DNA of 63,602 nucleotides, counting the filler. It is 8 parts of 8 records of this genome, joined end to end, with 100 filler letters (N's around TTAATTAATTAA, not from the genome) between each part and the next. Parts side by side here need not be neighbours in the genome. Positions count along the whole stretch, not along the records: positions 1 to 7,605 come from SRR31156797_27888; positions 7,706 to 12,902 come from SRR31156797_27892; 6 more parts are not named here. One strand, given 5' to 3'. The position numbers and the translations under genes were made by a program. Below, piece after piece: positions 1-10,397 of this stretch; the first letter of the stretch is position 1; each line of letters begins with the position of its first letter. Under the pieces are notes generated by a model, which made no database searches, was not told the DNA's origin, and saw nothing but the letters and a program-made list of their open reading frames with translations.

Positions 1-99
1 TACTTTCAGACCGCTTTCCTGGAATATCTTCCCCAGACCCATACAAATAGAACTCTTACCAGAGTACTCTTCTGATGAACTGATCAATATTGAAGTCAT
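1..99 (-). CDS. Phosphotransacetylase-family (BioD-like/DRTGG) protein, N-terminal fragment running off the window
   Basis: Manual translation MTSILISSSEEYSGKSSICMGLGKIFQESGLKV has a BioD-type P-loop; ATG at 97-99 with GAGG upstream; lies directly downstream of the acetate-CoA ligase, a common archaeal pairing. Confidence 0.8.
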   Translation of the reverse strand, partial: MTSILISSSEEYSGKSSICMGLGKIFQESGLKV

Positions 100-120
100 A
101 CTATCCTCTCCTTTTCCTCA

Positions 121-2214
121 TTAACTATCCAGCGTGAACCTGATATCCATTGCAACACAACCCTGGCCTTCGGGCATGACCATTAAAGGATTTATCTCGA
201 ATTCCAGAATCTCCGGGAAATCTGTAACCAGTTGGGAAACCTTCAGCAATGTATGTAATATAGAATCAATATCAGATGCTGCCTCTCCCCTGACACCTGC
301 GATCAGAGGATAGGTCTTGATCGATGAGACCATGTGTCTTGCCTCTGAAGCACTGATAGGAGCCACAGCGAACGAGACATCCTTCAGGAACTCTACATAG
401 GTTCCTCCGAGACCGAACATGAGCAACGGACCAAACTGCGGATCCCTGTCCATCCCTATAATGACCTCCTTTCCTCCACTTATCATCTTCTGGAGCTGAA
501 CACCTGTGACTGCAGCATCAGGCATGTAGTGCCTCACATCGGACATCATTGAATTATACGCACGTTCCACATCGTCTGCATGTTTCAGATTCAGACGGAT
601 ACCGCCAACATCGGTCTTGTGGGATATATCAGGTGACAGGATCTTCATGACAACAGGATAGCCCATGTCCTCTGCTGCCTTTATAGCTTCAGGAAGTGTC
701 TTTGCGATCCTTGAGTCCACAACTGGGATATCATAGGCTTTCAATATATCTAATGACTCAAGACCATGTGTTCTCCTTTTTCTCACCGAGGCTGTTTCTA
801 TGAAAGAACCAGCAACCTCTTTATTGCATTTCAACTTTTCAGGATCTTCCTGTTTGCGGTTCTTTATCGTAAAGTAGTTACAGAGGGCATTCATGCTTGC
901 AACCGCCCTTTCAGATGAAGAGTAATTGGGTATGCCATAGCTGTTGAGAACTTCCTCACCTGCAGCTATTCTGCTGCCTCCTGCAAAGTTACACAGGATG
1001 GGTTTTTTCGACTGTTGTATCTTTTTCGCAACGGTTTCAGCGATTCCCGGTACATCTGTCATAGACTGAGGTGACACAAGGACAATGATACCATTGACAT
1101 TGATATCCCCAAGGACAACATCAAGAGCATGCTCGTATAAGTCCGCTCCTGCATCCCCGAGAACATCCACCGGATCATAGAAGTTTGCTGCAGGTGGTAA
1201 TTTCTCCCTGAGACGTTCCACCGTTGATTCTTCAAATGAGGCAATCGATAGTCCAGCATTGGAGCACGCATCTGCAGTCAGGATCCCGAGACCACCTGCA
1301 TTGGTGATGATAGCGATATTCCTGCCCTCAGGTAAAGGACATACAGAAAAGGCACGACTGTAGTCGAGCATCTCCTCAAGGGAATCAGCCCTGATGACAC
1401 CTGCCTGTTTAAAGCCTGCGTTGTAGGCGGCATCCGACCCTGCAAGTGTACCGGTATGTGAGGATACTGCCCTTGAACCAACAGAAGTGCGTCCTGATTT
1501 TACGATTATTATGGGTTTTGAACGGGAAACACGCTGTGCTATCTTTATGAACTCAGGTCCGTCCTTGACGCCTTCAAGATAGGCTGCTATGACAGCAGTT
1601 GTGTCGTCCTCTTCGAACATTTTCAGGAAATCGTTCTCTGCAAGGACTGCTTTGTTACCCAGACTTATAAACTTTGAGAAACCGACACCTATCCTCTCTG
1701 CCCAGTCAAGTGTGACCGTACATATGGCACCTGACTGTGACATCATTGCTATATTGCCCTCGTATGCCATATTAGCTGCAAATGATGCATTGATACCTGA
1801 TGCAGTGTCGATGATACCAAGACAGTTAGGACCGATCATATTGATGCCATACTGTTGACAAAGGGAGATGCATTCACGTTCAAGACGTGCACCCTCCACA
1901 CCAGCCTCTTTGAATCCGGCGGAGATGACTATTACGTTTCCCACACCTGCATGGCCGCATTCATCAACAGCCTGTGGTACGAACTTTGCCGGAACCACGA
2001 TAACAGCCATATCCGGCTTTTGATCATCCGGAACATCCATTATATTATGATAGCAAGGCAAACCCAGTATCTCATCTGCACCGGGATTTATTGGTATAAT
2101 AGTAAGCTCACTATTCTGCATGAGATTCTCAAGCACGGCTCTTCCTACTTTACCCTCTTTTCTGGAAGCACCGATAACAGCTACAGAATTCGGATTGAAC
2201 ATTCTTTCCAGCAT
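121..2214 (-). CDS. ADP-forming acetate/acyl-CoA ligase, fused alpha+beta (ATP-grasp) type
   Basis: SVAVIGASR CoA-binding fold, GPNCLG, SQSGA, SHTGTLAG phospho-His loop, C-terminal GYPVVMK/SHKTDVGG/FGPLLMFGLGG ATP-grasp. Confidence 0.92.
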   Translation of the reverse strand: MLERMFNPNSVAVIGASRKEGKVGRAVLENLMQNSELTIIPINPGADEILGLPCYHNIMDVPDDQKPDMAVIVVPAKFVPQAVDECGHAGVGNVIVISAGFKEAGVEGARLERECISLCQQYGINMIGPNCLGIIDTASGINASFAANMAYEGNIAMMSQSGAICTVTLDWAERIGVGFSKFISLGNKAVLAENDFLKMFEEDDTTAVIAAYLEGVKDGPEFIKIAQRVSRSKPIIIVKSGRTSVGSRAVSSHTGTLAGSDAAYNAGFKQAGVIRADSLEEMLDYSRAFSVCPLPEGRNIAIITNAGGLGILTADACSNAGLSIASFEESTVERLREKLPPAANFYDPVDVLGDAGADLYEHALDVVLGDINVNGIIVLVSPQSMTDVPGIAETVAKKIQQSKKPILCNFAGGSRIAAGEEVLNSYGIPNYSSSERAVASMNALCNYFTIKNRKQEDPEKLKCNKEVAGSFIETASVRKRRTHGLESLDILKAYDIPVVDSRIAKTLPEAIKAAEDMGYPVVMKILSPDISHKTDVGGIRLNLKHADDVERAYNSMMSDVRHYMPDAAVTGVQLQKMISGGKEVIIGMDRDPQFGPLLMFGLGGTYVEFLKDVSFAVAPISASEARHMVSSIKTYPLIAGVRGEAASDIDSILHTLLKVSQLVTDFPEILEFEINPLMVMPEGQGCVAMDIRFTLDS

Positions 2215-2429
2215 GTATTTCTCCCTGTAAATTTTCCCTTTTTATTAATACAGTTCGATGATAGATAAAATTAAGGGAAAGATAAAAAGGGATACCAGCA
2301 TTTTGGATGAATAAAGGTATGAAAAGATGCTCTCGAAAAAAAAGTATTGGTGATAATAATGAAACAGGAGTTGTTTTAACACACCTGCAGCACCTTACCA
2401 CCTGTTTTATTGATGTTGAATTTATCCTT

Positions 2430-5183
2430 TTACTCCATCTTGACAGCCCAGTAAATAATACCCAGTCCTGCGATTATCAGGATTAATACAAATCCAAATG
2501 CTGAAACACTTTTCTGCGACGGACCTAATTCCTCAAGTGAATCTACAGTCGATGCCAAAACACCTTCATCGCTCTGAGGAATTTTTATAGTACTCTTAGG
2601 CACCGGTTCCACCAAAGAAGCCGGATCTACACTTGAAATCGCAAATGAAGAAAAACCTGGTGATTCAGATGTGAAATATAAATATTCTGAATCTTCTTCA
2701 GTCATTTCCGTTGGCAACAGTTCCCATTTACTGCTGGTATATCTGCAAAGTACTATATGGGAAATATTGACATTGTTCTTAGTTACCCAGCTCTTTTCAA
2801 CTTCAAATGATATTTTAACGTCATCTATTGCAGCCGGTACAAGAGATGTATCAAGATATATGTTCACATTCTTGTAAACGTCTCCCGGAGCATCTGAGTT
2901 GACCTGTGACGAGGTATCCTGAAGTATTTCAACCACTGCCTTGGACTTGCCACCGTTGACATTTGGAGTAAAGCTAACTGCTGTTATGCTGTTTTCAGGC
3001 TTCTCGAAGGCAAAAACAACATCATCATTCCTAAGAACTGATGTCTTAAGGACATAATCCTTAAAGCCTATATTTTCATACTTTTCACCGCTGGCACCAC
3101 CGCCGCCTCCACCGCCACTGCTACTACTGGAGCTGGAGCTTGAACCGCCACCACTGCTACCGGAGTTTGTAGACGGCTCGGTAACGGTGATTGTCACGTT
3201 CTCTGAATCATCAAGTTCCCCATCACTGACCAGGAACAAAGCATAGTAAGTTCCTGCGCCCTCATCCTCAGGCGTCCAGCTAAACACTGCAGTAGATTCA
3301 TTAAAGGTTGAGTTTCCAGGCAGGTTCTGGGCAGAATAAGTGATATTATCGGAATCTGGATCTGTAGCTGAAAGAGTTATTGTGAGATTGCTACCTTCCT
3401 CGATGGTCTTTGAACCTATCGATGAAAGCTCAGGAGGTCTGTTATAATCACCAACAGTAATAGTAATAGACTCACTATCACTAAGATCATTCGAAGTAGC
3501 AATGAACTCTACAGCATAGTTGCCGGATGAATTATAGCTGGGAATCCAGCTAAAGGTGGCATTCGTTGAATTGAATGTAGCACCATCTGGTAAATCGTTC
3601 GCAGAATATGTAATCTCGTCACCATCAGAATCAGTGGCAGAAATCGTGAAACTAAGGAGATGATTCTCATCAACCGCTTTATTATTAATAGGAGCAAGAA
3701 CCGGAGGAGTATCGACATTATTCACAGTGATTACGATAACCTCACTGTCACTAAGATCTCGGGAAGTAGCAACAAATGTTACACTGTGCTTGCCTGAAGA
3801 ATTATAAGTAGGGGTCCAGCTGAATACACCAGTTGATGAATCAAGAGTGGACCCATCTGGCATATCGGTGGCTGAATAGACAGGAGTATCATCATCAGGA
3901 TCAAGTGCATAAATCGTGAAGCGAAGGAGAGACCCTTCATCAACTGATTTATCCCCTATTGAAGAAAGTACTGGAGCACTATCATCTACAACGGTAATTC
4001 TAACACTTTCAGTATCACTTTGACCGTTAGCAGTTGCGGTGAAATATATTGTTGTAGAATAACCTGAAGAAGTAGGCGTCCAGCTAAAATCTCCACTTGT
4101 ACTATCAAGAGTAGCGCCAGTTGGCAGTCTAGTAGCAGAGTAAACAATGGGATCGTTATCTGCATCAGTTGCTACTATTGTAAATTCAAGAGGGTGATCT
4201 ACTACCGCATTTTTGTTACCAATTGTAGTCAACACAGGGGCATTGTCACCAGTTACAGTTATTGTAATTGACTCACTGTCACTTGCACCATTAGCAGTCG
4301 CGGTAAATGTGATATCATAATTGCCTTCATCCCTATAATCAGGAGTCCAACTAAATACACCAGTATTGGATTTAATAGAAGCACCATCTGGCAGACCTGT
4401 GGCAGAGTACGTAGGCTTATCACCATCCTCATCAGTTGCGACAACTGTGAATTCCAGAAGTTCTCCTTCTCTGACTGACTTATCCCCAATTGACTTAAGA
4501 ACTGGAGCAGAATCCGTCGATTCCACGTTTATTGTCATTGTCTGGGTATCGCTGGAAGCATAATCTGAAACACCGAAGTCTACAGAATAAGTACCTGCAG
4601 TATCCGGCGTCCAGGAACCTTCACCGGTATCGGCATTGAAATCACTAAACTTATCGGTATCACTACAACTAAAAGTGGGTATGTCATCATCTGCATCAAT
4701 AAAACCTGCATCAACATTGACAGTTTCACCAACACTGACAGAATAGGTAGATGAAACACCGGTTATAGATATTCGATTATTAGGAATCTGGGCTGTGCTT
4801 GTTACCTCAGATGATGTTGTGTCTGTGCTTGCATTATAAGCAACTATTATGATTGTTGATGTAGCATGAGGATTAAGAGTATGAGTAAAACTTGTTTCAG
4901 TGGTATCATGCCAGGAATCATCATAGTATATTCTATAACCGTCTGTAGTATCCCCATCTGTGCCGGGTGCCCAGCTATGAAGAACCCAGAAATTTCCGGT
5001 AGATGGTTGTGATACAACCGGGGCGGCTGGTGCCGCACTTGCTGCTGAAGACAAAAGTACGAATGAACATGTAATTAAAGTAAGAATTGATATTGTTTTT
5101 AGCGCTGTTAACCCCAAAACAGCATTTTTTAACTTTTTTGAATTTCCATTTAAGCATGGAAATTTATGCTTGATTAACTTCAA
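2430..5183 (-). CDS. Archaeal cell-surface protein with tandem Ig-like (putative Ig/cadherin-like) repeats, Ser/Gly linker, PGF-pre-PGF domain and C-terminal TM anchor
   Basis: Signal peptide; repeated APVL..IGDK...DxDGD...FSWTP units; SSGGGG linker; ESPGFSSFAIS motif; hydrophobic tail. Confidence 0.85.
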   Translation of the reverse strand: MKLIKHKFPCLNGNSKKLKNAVLGLTALKTISILTLITCSFVLLSSAASAAPAAPVVSQPSTGNFWVLHSWAPGTDGDTTDGYRIYYDDSWHDTTETSFTHTLNPHATSTIIIVAYNASTDTTSSEVTSTAQIPNNRISITGVSSTYSVSVGETVNVDAGFIDADDDIPTFSCSDTDKFSDFNADTGEGSWTPDTAGTYSVDFGVSDYASSDTQTMTINVESTDSAPVLKSIGDKSVREGELLEFTVVATDEDGDKPTYSATGLPDGASIKSNTGVFSWTPDYRDEGNYDITFTATANGASDSESITITVTGDNAPVLTTIGNKNAVVDHPLEFTIVATDADNDPIVYSATRLPTGATLDSTSGDFSWTPTSSGYSTTIYFTATANGQSDTESVRITVVDDSAPVLSSIGDKSVDEGSLLRFTIYALDPDDDTPVYSATDMPDGSTLDSSTGVFSWTPTYNSSGKHSVTFVATSRDLSDSEVIVITVNNVDTPPVLAPINNKAVDENHLLSFTISATDSDGDEITYSANDLPDGATFNSTNATFSWIPSYNSSGNYAVEFIATSNDLSDSESITITVGDYNRPPELSSIGSKTIEEGSNLTITLSATDPDSDNITYSAQNLPGNSTFNESTAVFSWTPEDEGAGTYYALFLVSDGELDDSENVTITVTEPSTNSGSSGGGSSSSSSSSSGGGGGGGASGEKYENIGFKDYVLKTSVLRNDDVVFAFEKPENSITAVSFTPNVNGGKSKAVVEILQDTSSQVNSDAPGDVYKNVNIYLDTSLVPAAIDDVKISFEVEKSWVTKNNVNISHIVLCRYTSSKWELLPTEMTEEDSEYLYFTSESPGFSSFAISSVDPASLVEPVPKSTIKIPQSDEGVLASTVDSLEELGPSQKSVSAFGFVLILIIAGLGIIYWAVKME

Positions 5184-5340
5184 GATTGAAACTCCTCCAT
5201 ATTGGTGGTATCTTGAGTTTTTAAGCTGATAAACCTAATTGATAATATTAATTCAAATATATAAAATAAGAATATAAAATATTCAGATAATGTCAGTATT
5301 ATAAATTAAGAGCAAATTGTAATGTAATAATAATTAAAAA

Positions 5341-5361
5341 GATCCATGCTTAACATGGATC
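5341..5361 (-). terminator. Hairpin between the two surface-protein genes, probable terminator
   Basis: GATCCATG-cttaa-CATGGATC followed by a T-run on the minus strand. Confidence 0.5.
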
Positions 5362-5384
5362 CAAAAAGAACGCCATCATCAATA

Positions 5385-7604
5385 CTATTGCTCCATCCTG
5401 ATGGCCCAGTAAATAATTCCCAAACCAGCCAATATCAGTACAAACACGAATGGCAATGCAGATTTGCTTTTTGTCTGGGAATCTTCAGACTCTAGCTCCA
5501 AAGAATCATCTGTTGACATCAGGCTGTTTCCTGTATTAAATACACTTACAGTGTTTCCTGATGCATGCACATCTTCTTCCAGCGAGGGGTCAATACTTGT
5601 GATTGCAAACTGGGAGAATGTTGGAGTTGTTGACAGGAAATAGAAGTAATCCTCATCTTCCCCTGTCATCACAGTTGGCAACTTATCCCAGCTACCACTT
5701 ATGTATTTACAAAGTACAATGTTAGTAACATTAACTTCGTTTGCATTCACCCAACTCTTCTCTACCTTGAAATCAACCATTGAGTTACCCAGCACATCAG
5801 GTGGAAGGGTCGAGTCTGAGTAGATATTTATATTCTTGTAAACAACGCCAGGTGCCGGTGAATTTACCTGGGTGGATGTATCCTTCAGCATTTCAACAAC
5901 TGTCTTTACCTGACCTGCGTTGTACTTTGATGTAAAGCGTACGGAAACAATATCATTGGTCTCCTTAAATGTGAAGACTGTCTCAGCATCCTTAATTACC
6001 GAAGCAAGCACATAGTCTGCAAGTTCAATGTTCTCAAATTTTTCACCGGAACCAACCGCACTGCCGCCGCCGCCACCACCACTGCTACTGCTGGAACCAC
6101 CACCGCCCCCACTTGAACCTGTGGAAACTGTTGTAACAGTTATAGTCACAGTCTCTGAGTCAACATCTGTTCCATCACTGACATTGAACAGCACATAATA
6201 TGTTCCTGCATCACCGGAAGCAGTAGTCCAGGTAAAAGACGCAGTTGTCTCATTGAAAACCGAACCATTCGGAATATTCTCAGCTGAATATGTCAGGGTT
6301 CCATTGTCGACATCAGTTGCACTAAGATTAAATGAAAGCGTAGATCCTTCCGTAATACTCTTAGAGCCTATGGAAGTAAGCACCGGTGGAGCATTTACAT
6401 CGTTTACTGTTACAGTGGTTGTTTGAACTGTTGTATTTTTGCCATCAGAGACTGCAAACTCAATCTCATAAATGCCACTGTCATGATAACCAGTTTCCCA
6501 TGTATATACGTCCCCAAGGAGTGCACCAGAGGCATTCCCGGTATTGTTTACCGATTTTTCCAGGGAATCATTATCTTCATCACTTGTACCCAGAGTGATC
6601 TCCAGTAGTTCACTTTCATTTACTGTGTAGCCAGGCTGCAGTGAAGTAAATTCAGGTGCATGATTGAAATCATCGACTTCTATAGGTACAACAAGGTAGT
6701 CATCATAGACACTATCAGATACCTTAAAAGTAACACTGTGATTACCAGCATCTTCACTGTCAGGTGTCCACGAAAATATAATTCCTTCTGAATTGAATGA
6801 TACCAACGAACCTTCTGGTTGGTCAGGGACTGAATATGTCAGAACATCATTTTCATCAACATCAGTTGCAGAAACTGTAAATGAAAGTGTTGAACCTTCA
6901 GTTACATTTTGCGGACCTACAGGGTCAAACTCCGGTGGAGCATTCTGGTCATTTACACCAATAGTTGCAACCTCGGTATCTGTAAGATCACCATCACTAA
7001 CTGTAAAACTTATATGATGGGTTCCATTGTGAGTATAATCAGGAGTCCATGTGAATATATTTCCTGTAAGGTCACCAACAGTTGCATTTGTAGTGTAAGA
7101 GAGAGAGTCTCCTTCATCATCATCAGTTGCAGTAAGGGCTATAGTAACTGTTTCTGTTTCGTTTATGCTCTGGCTTGGAATTGGATCAAGTTCAGGTGCA
7201 CGATTGACATGATTGACAGTTATTGTGATAGTCTCATCGTCAATTTTTCCGTTAGCACGAGCAATAAACTTGACAACATGATCACCTTCATCGCCATCAT
7301 AAGCAGGAGTCCAGCTAAAAGCACCACTTGTCGAATCAAATGTAGCACCACCTGGCAAATCTTCATAGTCATAGGTTACAGTGTCACCATCATCATCTGT
7401 AGCGTGAATTGTGAAATTGATAGGGCTGCCTTCGTAGGCTGTCTTATCACCGATTGGATCAAGGACAGGAACCTGATCAACGTTTGTTATAGCAATAGTA
7501 ATTGTCTCACTGTCTGTTAGACCATTAGCAGTAGCAATAAAGGCAACATCATAACTGCTCAAAGAGTCATAAGCTGGAGTCCAGCTGAAATAACCAGTTG
7601 AAGG
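5385..7604 (-). CDS. Second Ig-repeat PGF-pre-PGF surface protein, 5'-truncated by contig end
   Basis: Same repeat units and STTPTFSQFAIT motif; frame stays open upstream of the ORF-track start (PSTGYFSWTPAYD) to the gap. Confidence 0.85.
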   Translation of the reverse strand, partial: PSTGYFSWTPAYDSLSSYDVAFIATANGLTDSETITIAITNVDQVPVLDPIGDKTAYEGSPINFTIHATDDDGDTVTYDYEDLPGGATFDSTSGAFSWTPAYDGDEGDHVVKFIARANGKIDDETITITVNHVNRAPELDPIPSQSINETETVTIALTATDDDEGDSLSYTTNATVGDLTGNIFTWTPDYTHNGTHHISFTVSDGDLTDTEVATIGVNDQNAPPEFDPVGPQNVTEGSTLSFTVSATDVDENDVLTYSVPDQPEGSLVSFNSEGIIFSWTPDSEDAGNHSVTFKVSDSVYDDYLVVPIEVDDFNHAPEFTSLQPGYTVNESELLEITLGTSDEDNDSLEKSVNNTGNASGALLGDVYTWETGYHDSGIYEIEFAVSDGKNTTVQTTTVTVNDVNAPPVLTSIGSKSITEGSTLSFNLSATDVDNGTLTYSAENIPNGSVFNETTASFTWTTASGDAGTYYVLFNVSDGTDVDSETVTITVTTVSTGSSGGGGGSSSSSGGGGGGSAVGSGEKFENIELADYVLASVIKDAETVFTFKETNDIVSVRFTSKYNAGQVKTVVEMLKDTSTQVNSPAPGVVYKNINIYSDSTLPPDVLGNSMVDFKVEKSWVNANEVNVTNIVLCKYISGSWDKLPTVMTGEDEDYFYFLSTTPTFSQFAITSIDPSLEEDVHASGNTVSVFNTGNSLMSTDDSLELESEDSQTKSKSALPFVFVLILAGLGIIYWAIRMEQ

Positions 7605-7605
7605 G

Positions 7606-7705
7606 NNNNNNNNNNNNNNNNNNNNNNNNNNNNNNNNNNNNNNNNNNNNTTAATTAATTAANNNNNNNNNNNNNNNNNNNNNNNNNNNNNNNNNNNNNNN
7701 NNNNN
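7606..7705. other. Artificial contig spacer
   Basis: N-run with central TTAATTAATTAA (stops in all six frames). Confidence 0.99.
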
Positions 7706-7706
7706 T

Positions 7707-7940
7707 TCCATTATTTATTATTTCGTAAACATTATCTTCCAGTTTATTAACTTCTAATCCTAATTTTTTTAAAAGTTTCATCATAGTTCTGATATCTTTT
7801 AGTTCAGGAACATTTTTTAGCAAATATCTTCCCTCTTCTACCAATGTTGCTGCCAAAATAGGTAAAGCTGCATTTTTCGAACCACTTACACTAATTTCTC
7901 CTGCAAGCTCTGCTCCACCTTTAATTCTGTATGCGTCCAT
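7707..7940 (-). CDS. murA: UDP-N-acetylglucosamine 1-carboxyvinyltransferase, N-terminal fragment
   Basis: MDAYRIKGG..LAGEISVSGSKNAALPILAA..NVPELKDI; ATG at 7938-7940 with GAGG upstream. Confidence 0.93.
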
Positions 7941-7959
7941 CAAGTTCCTCCGAATGTTT

Positions 7960-8520
7960 CTAGTTTTTCTCACTTTCACATATAGGGCATTTCTCTCCCC
8001 ATAGTTTATCCCAAAAATTAAGCTTTTTAAATTCAGGTAAATATTCAGGTAGTTTCTCTTTCACTTCGGTATAATGCTCATTACAAAGTTTTTTTCCTCT
8101 ACTTTTACTAAATATCTCTCCTAAACCTGCATCTATAAAATCTTGATCCATATCTCTTACTAATAAATTCTCCGGTTCAATAGTCAGTGCATCTTCCGCA
8201 GCCAGAACAAGTCCAATATCTCCCCGATATGTAATTCCATCTACCAGCTGATATTTCAAACTGATCTTTTCAGCTTCTTTAATATATGGTTTAAGTTTTG
8301 CAATTTTTACTTCTCTACTCATCTTTAAGATATAAGCTTCTTTATGCTTCATTGCAATCAATATTTCATCATAAACATCATCTTCGATAAGTTGATCCTT
8401 AGTAAGAGCTGCTATTACTCTCTCTTTATATTCGCCTAAATACATATTTTTTTCATTCTGTATTTTCAAAAATTGTTTTTTTCTTTTTTCATTTTCGTTT
8501 AGCTGGCTCATATTCGTCAC
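7960..8520 (-). CDS. DUF1694/YueI-family protein
   Basis: YLGEYKERVIAALT motif; C-terminal LCNEHY and CPIC. Confidence 0.75.
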   Translation of the reverse strand: MTNMSQLNENEKRKKQFLKIQNEKNMYLGEYKERVIAALTKDQLIEDDVYDEILIAMKHKEAYILKMSREVKIAKLKPYIKEAEKISLKYQLVDGITYRGDIGLVLAAEDALTIEPENLLVRDMDQDFIDAGLGEIFSKSRGKKLCNEHYTEVKEKLPEYLPEFKKLNFWDKLWGEKCPICESEKN

Positions 8521-8599
8521 CGTCTCTTATGTAGTTTAGTTTATTTCATTATAAGCCTAGTAATTACTAGGCTCCGAAAATCAAATGCTTCGCAATTCT

Positions 8600-8627
8600 A
8601 TTATAGCACATTTTTTCTAAAATTCAA
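8600..8627 (-). promoter_or_regulatory. Sigma70-type promoter for DUF1694-murA
   Basis: TTGAAT-16 nt-TATAAT with extended -10 TG. Confidence 0.55.
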
Positions 8628-8826
8628 GTGTCCCGAAACTCGCTATTTCTGCTAATTGAACAGTTTAGCCTGCCTTTACAGTGTAAACAGCTCTGTTTGA
8701 CTTAAAATTTCCTTAAATAAAAAAAACAGGAGTTTTTCTTCTCCTATTTTTTCATTATATTTATTAATATGTTTTTGATTTTTCATTAATGTAATTTTCT
8801 TTGGTAGTAATTTAAATTTTATCTAT

Positions 8827-9126
8827 TTAGTTTTTCTTTTCTTTATTATTTTCATCAATTAATTCCATAGTAAAGAGAAGGAATACACAAATAGCAATTG
8901 CTCCAAATACAATTTCAAGATAATTACCAGCAACTATATTTTCCTGTACATGTTCTGCAGATACTCTGGCTAAATAACCCGCTTTTGTTAGAATTTCCGG
9001 ACTGTCTCCAACTCCTAACATTACATCTTTTCCTGAATTTATATTAGCGTAAAGATTCACATCTTTTGAGAATAGTGACATCAGCATAAGCACTAACAAA
9101 CCATATCCCATTCTAAAGCTTTTCAT
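8827..9126 (-). CDS. Small membrane protein, unknown function
   Basis: 99 aa, two hydrophobic segments, GAGGTG RBS. Confidence 0.65.
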   Translation of the reverse strand: MKSFRMGYGLLVLMLMSLFSKDVNLYANINSGKDVMLGVGDSPEILTKAGYLARVSAEHVQENIVAGNYLEIVFGAIAICVFLLFTMELIDENNKEKKN

Positions 9127-9168
9127 TTAAATCACCTCATCATAAAACAACAAATATTAATTTATCTC

Positions 9169-10317
9169 TTATTTTATAACATCGGCATTTTTCAGTTCTT
9201 CATAAGCAATTTTATAAAAATTCTTCTCTCCAAAACCTCCCGGTTTTGTAATCACTCTAAAATCTTTATATTTTCCTAGAGAAATTCCTGTATCAACTTC
9301 TCTTTGAATTTCTAAATAATTTATTTCTAATTTATCTAAAATTTTTAAACTTGTTTCACCGCCACAAATAATCATATTTTTAATATTATTTAATTCTATG
9401 ATTTTTTTTACTTCATCAGCAATAAAATCACCAACTTCATCAAAATTATATCTTTCCAAAGTTTTATGCATTTCATCTATATTTCTAATTGATCTAACTA
9501 GAATATCTGACTCGCTCTTTATTTCTCCGGTAAAACTTTGAGTTAACGGTTCTAGTTCCACTATACTGATTTCTTCCAAGTTATTTTCTAAAAAATACTC
9601 AACTTGTTCAATATTGTGAGTATTACACGAACCTGCAACGATCATTACCTGCTCTCTTGAGTACCCCCAATACTTCATCAAATATTCCATTATTCCCGAT
9701 GAACCAACCACATGTTTATCCATCTCCAACTCTGTTAAGACTCCGGCTATCAAATCCAGATCAGAATCAGTTTCAGTATCAAATATCAAAACCTGTTCAT
9801 CAATTTTTTGCAAAATTTCACTTAAATCTCCTCTTATTTCTTCAAGAGTAACTATCCGTCCTCCGAAATATTTAAGTAAATCATTTGTTTTGATAGGATA
9901 AATCGGATCATTTTGAAATTGAGTTTCATGAAGAGCGGTCTCTCCTATATAATGTTTTCCATCTATTATTTTCCTATTCGTTTTAGGAAAACCTACAACT
10001 ACTACTATTTTATCATTTTTATTAAGCTGCTCTTTAATTGCATCAAGCTCTGCCTTTACAGGACCTCTAAGTGTTGAATCGATTTTTTTATAAAATCTAT
10101 CATAACCACTACTCTTTATATTTTTAAATAGTTCTTTTACTACTTCATAAGCTTCTAATTCGTTTTTATTTCTTGTTTCACTTGAAATTACACTTACATC
10201 TGATTCTAATTCAGGAACATTTTTCATTACAGATGTTACTTTCAGACCATATTTCCTAAGTTGTATCCCAATATCATTTGCTCCGGTAAAGTCATCTGCG
10301 ATTATCTCTATTTTCAT
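9169..10317 (-). CDS. Four-carbon acid sugar kinase family protein (DUF1537)
   Basis: IIADDFTGAND, YKKIDSTLRG, GGETS and TKPGGFG motifs. Confidence 0.9.
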   Translation of the reverse strand: MKIEIIADDFTGANDIGIQLRKYGLKVTSVMKNVPELESDVSVISSETRNKNELEAYEVVKELFKNIKSSGYDRFYKKIDSTLRGPVKAELDAIKEQLNKNDKIVVVVGFPKTNRKIIDGKHYIGETALHETQFQNDPIYPIKTNDLLKYFGGRIVTLEEIRGDLSEILQKIDEQVLIFDTETDSDLDLIAGVLTELEMDKHVVGSSGIMEYLMKYWGYSREQVMIVAGSCNTHNIEQVEYFLENNLEEISIVELEPLTQSFTGEIKSESDILVRSIRNIDEMHKTLERYNFDEVGDFIADEVKKIIELNNIKNMIICGGETSLKILDKLEINYLEIQREVDTGISLGKYKDFRVITKPGGFGEKNFYKIAYEELKNADVIK

Positions 10318-10397
10318 CTTTTTGTTCTCCTAACTATTTTCTCTTAATTTAACTCTATAGAAAAGGCTTCACTTTTAACAAGCAAAGCCTTCGTATT

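Noticed and set aside
1-2214. Acetate-CoA ligase plus DRTGG gene pair as a novel system
   Set aside because: Well-known conserved pairing in archaea
3097-3160. GC-rich trinucleotide-like repeats (also 6060-6115)
   Set aside because: They encode the Ser/Gly linkers of the surface proteins
6909-7520. Long antisense and alternate-frame ORFs (e.g. 6909-7520, 14190-14711, 43293-43817, 51190-51636, 58571-58966)
   Set aside because: Shadows of well-supported genes on the other strand, with no recognisable motifs
7650-7661. Recurring TTAATTAATTAA as a biological repeat
   Set aside because: Always centred in N-runs; assembly linker. ORF ends containing X are artefacts
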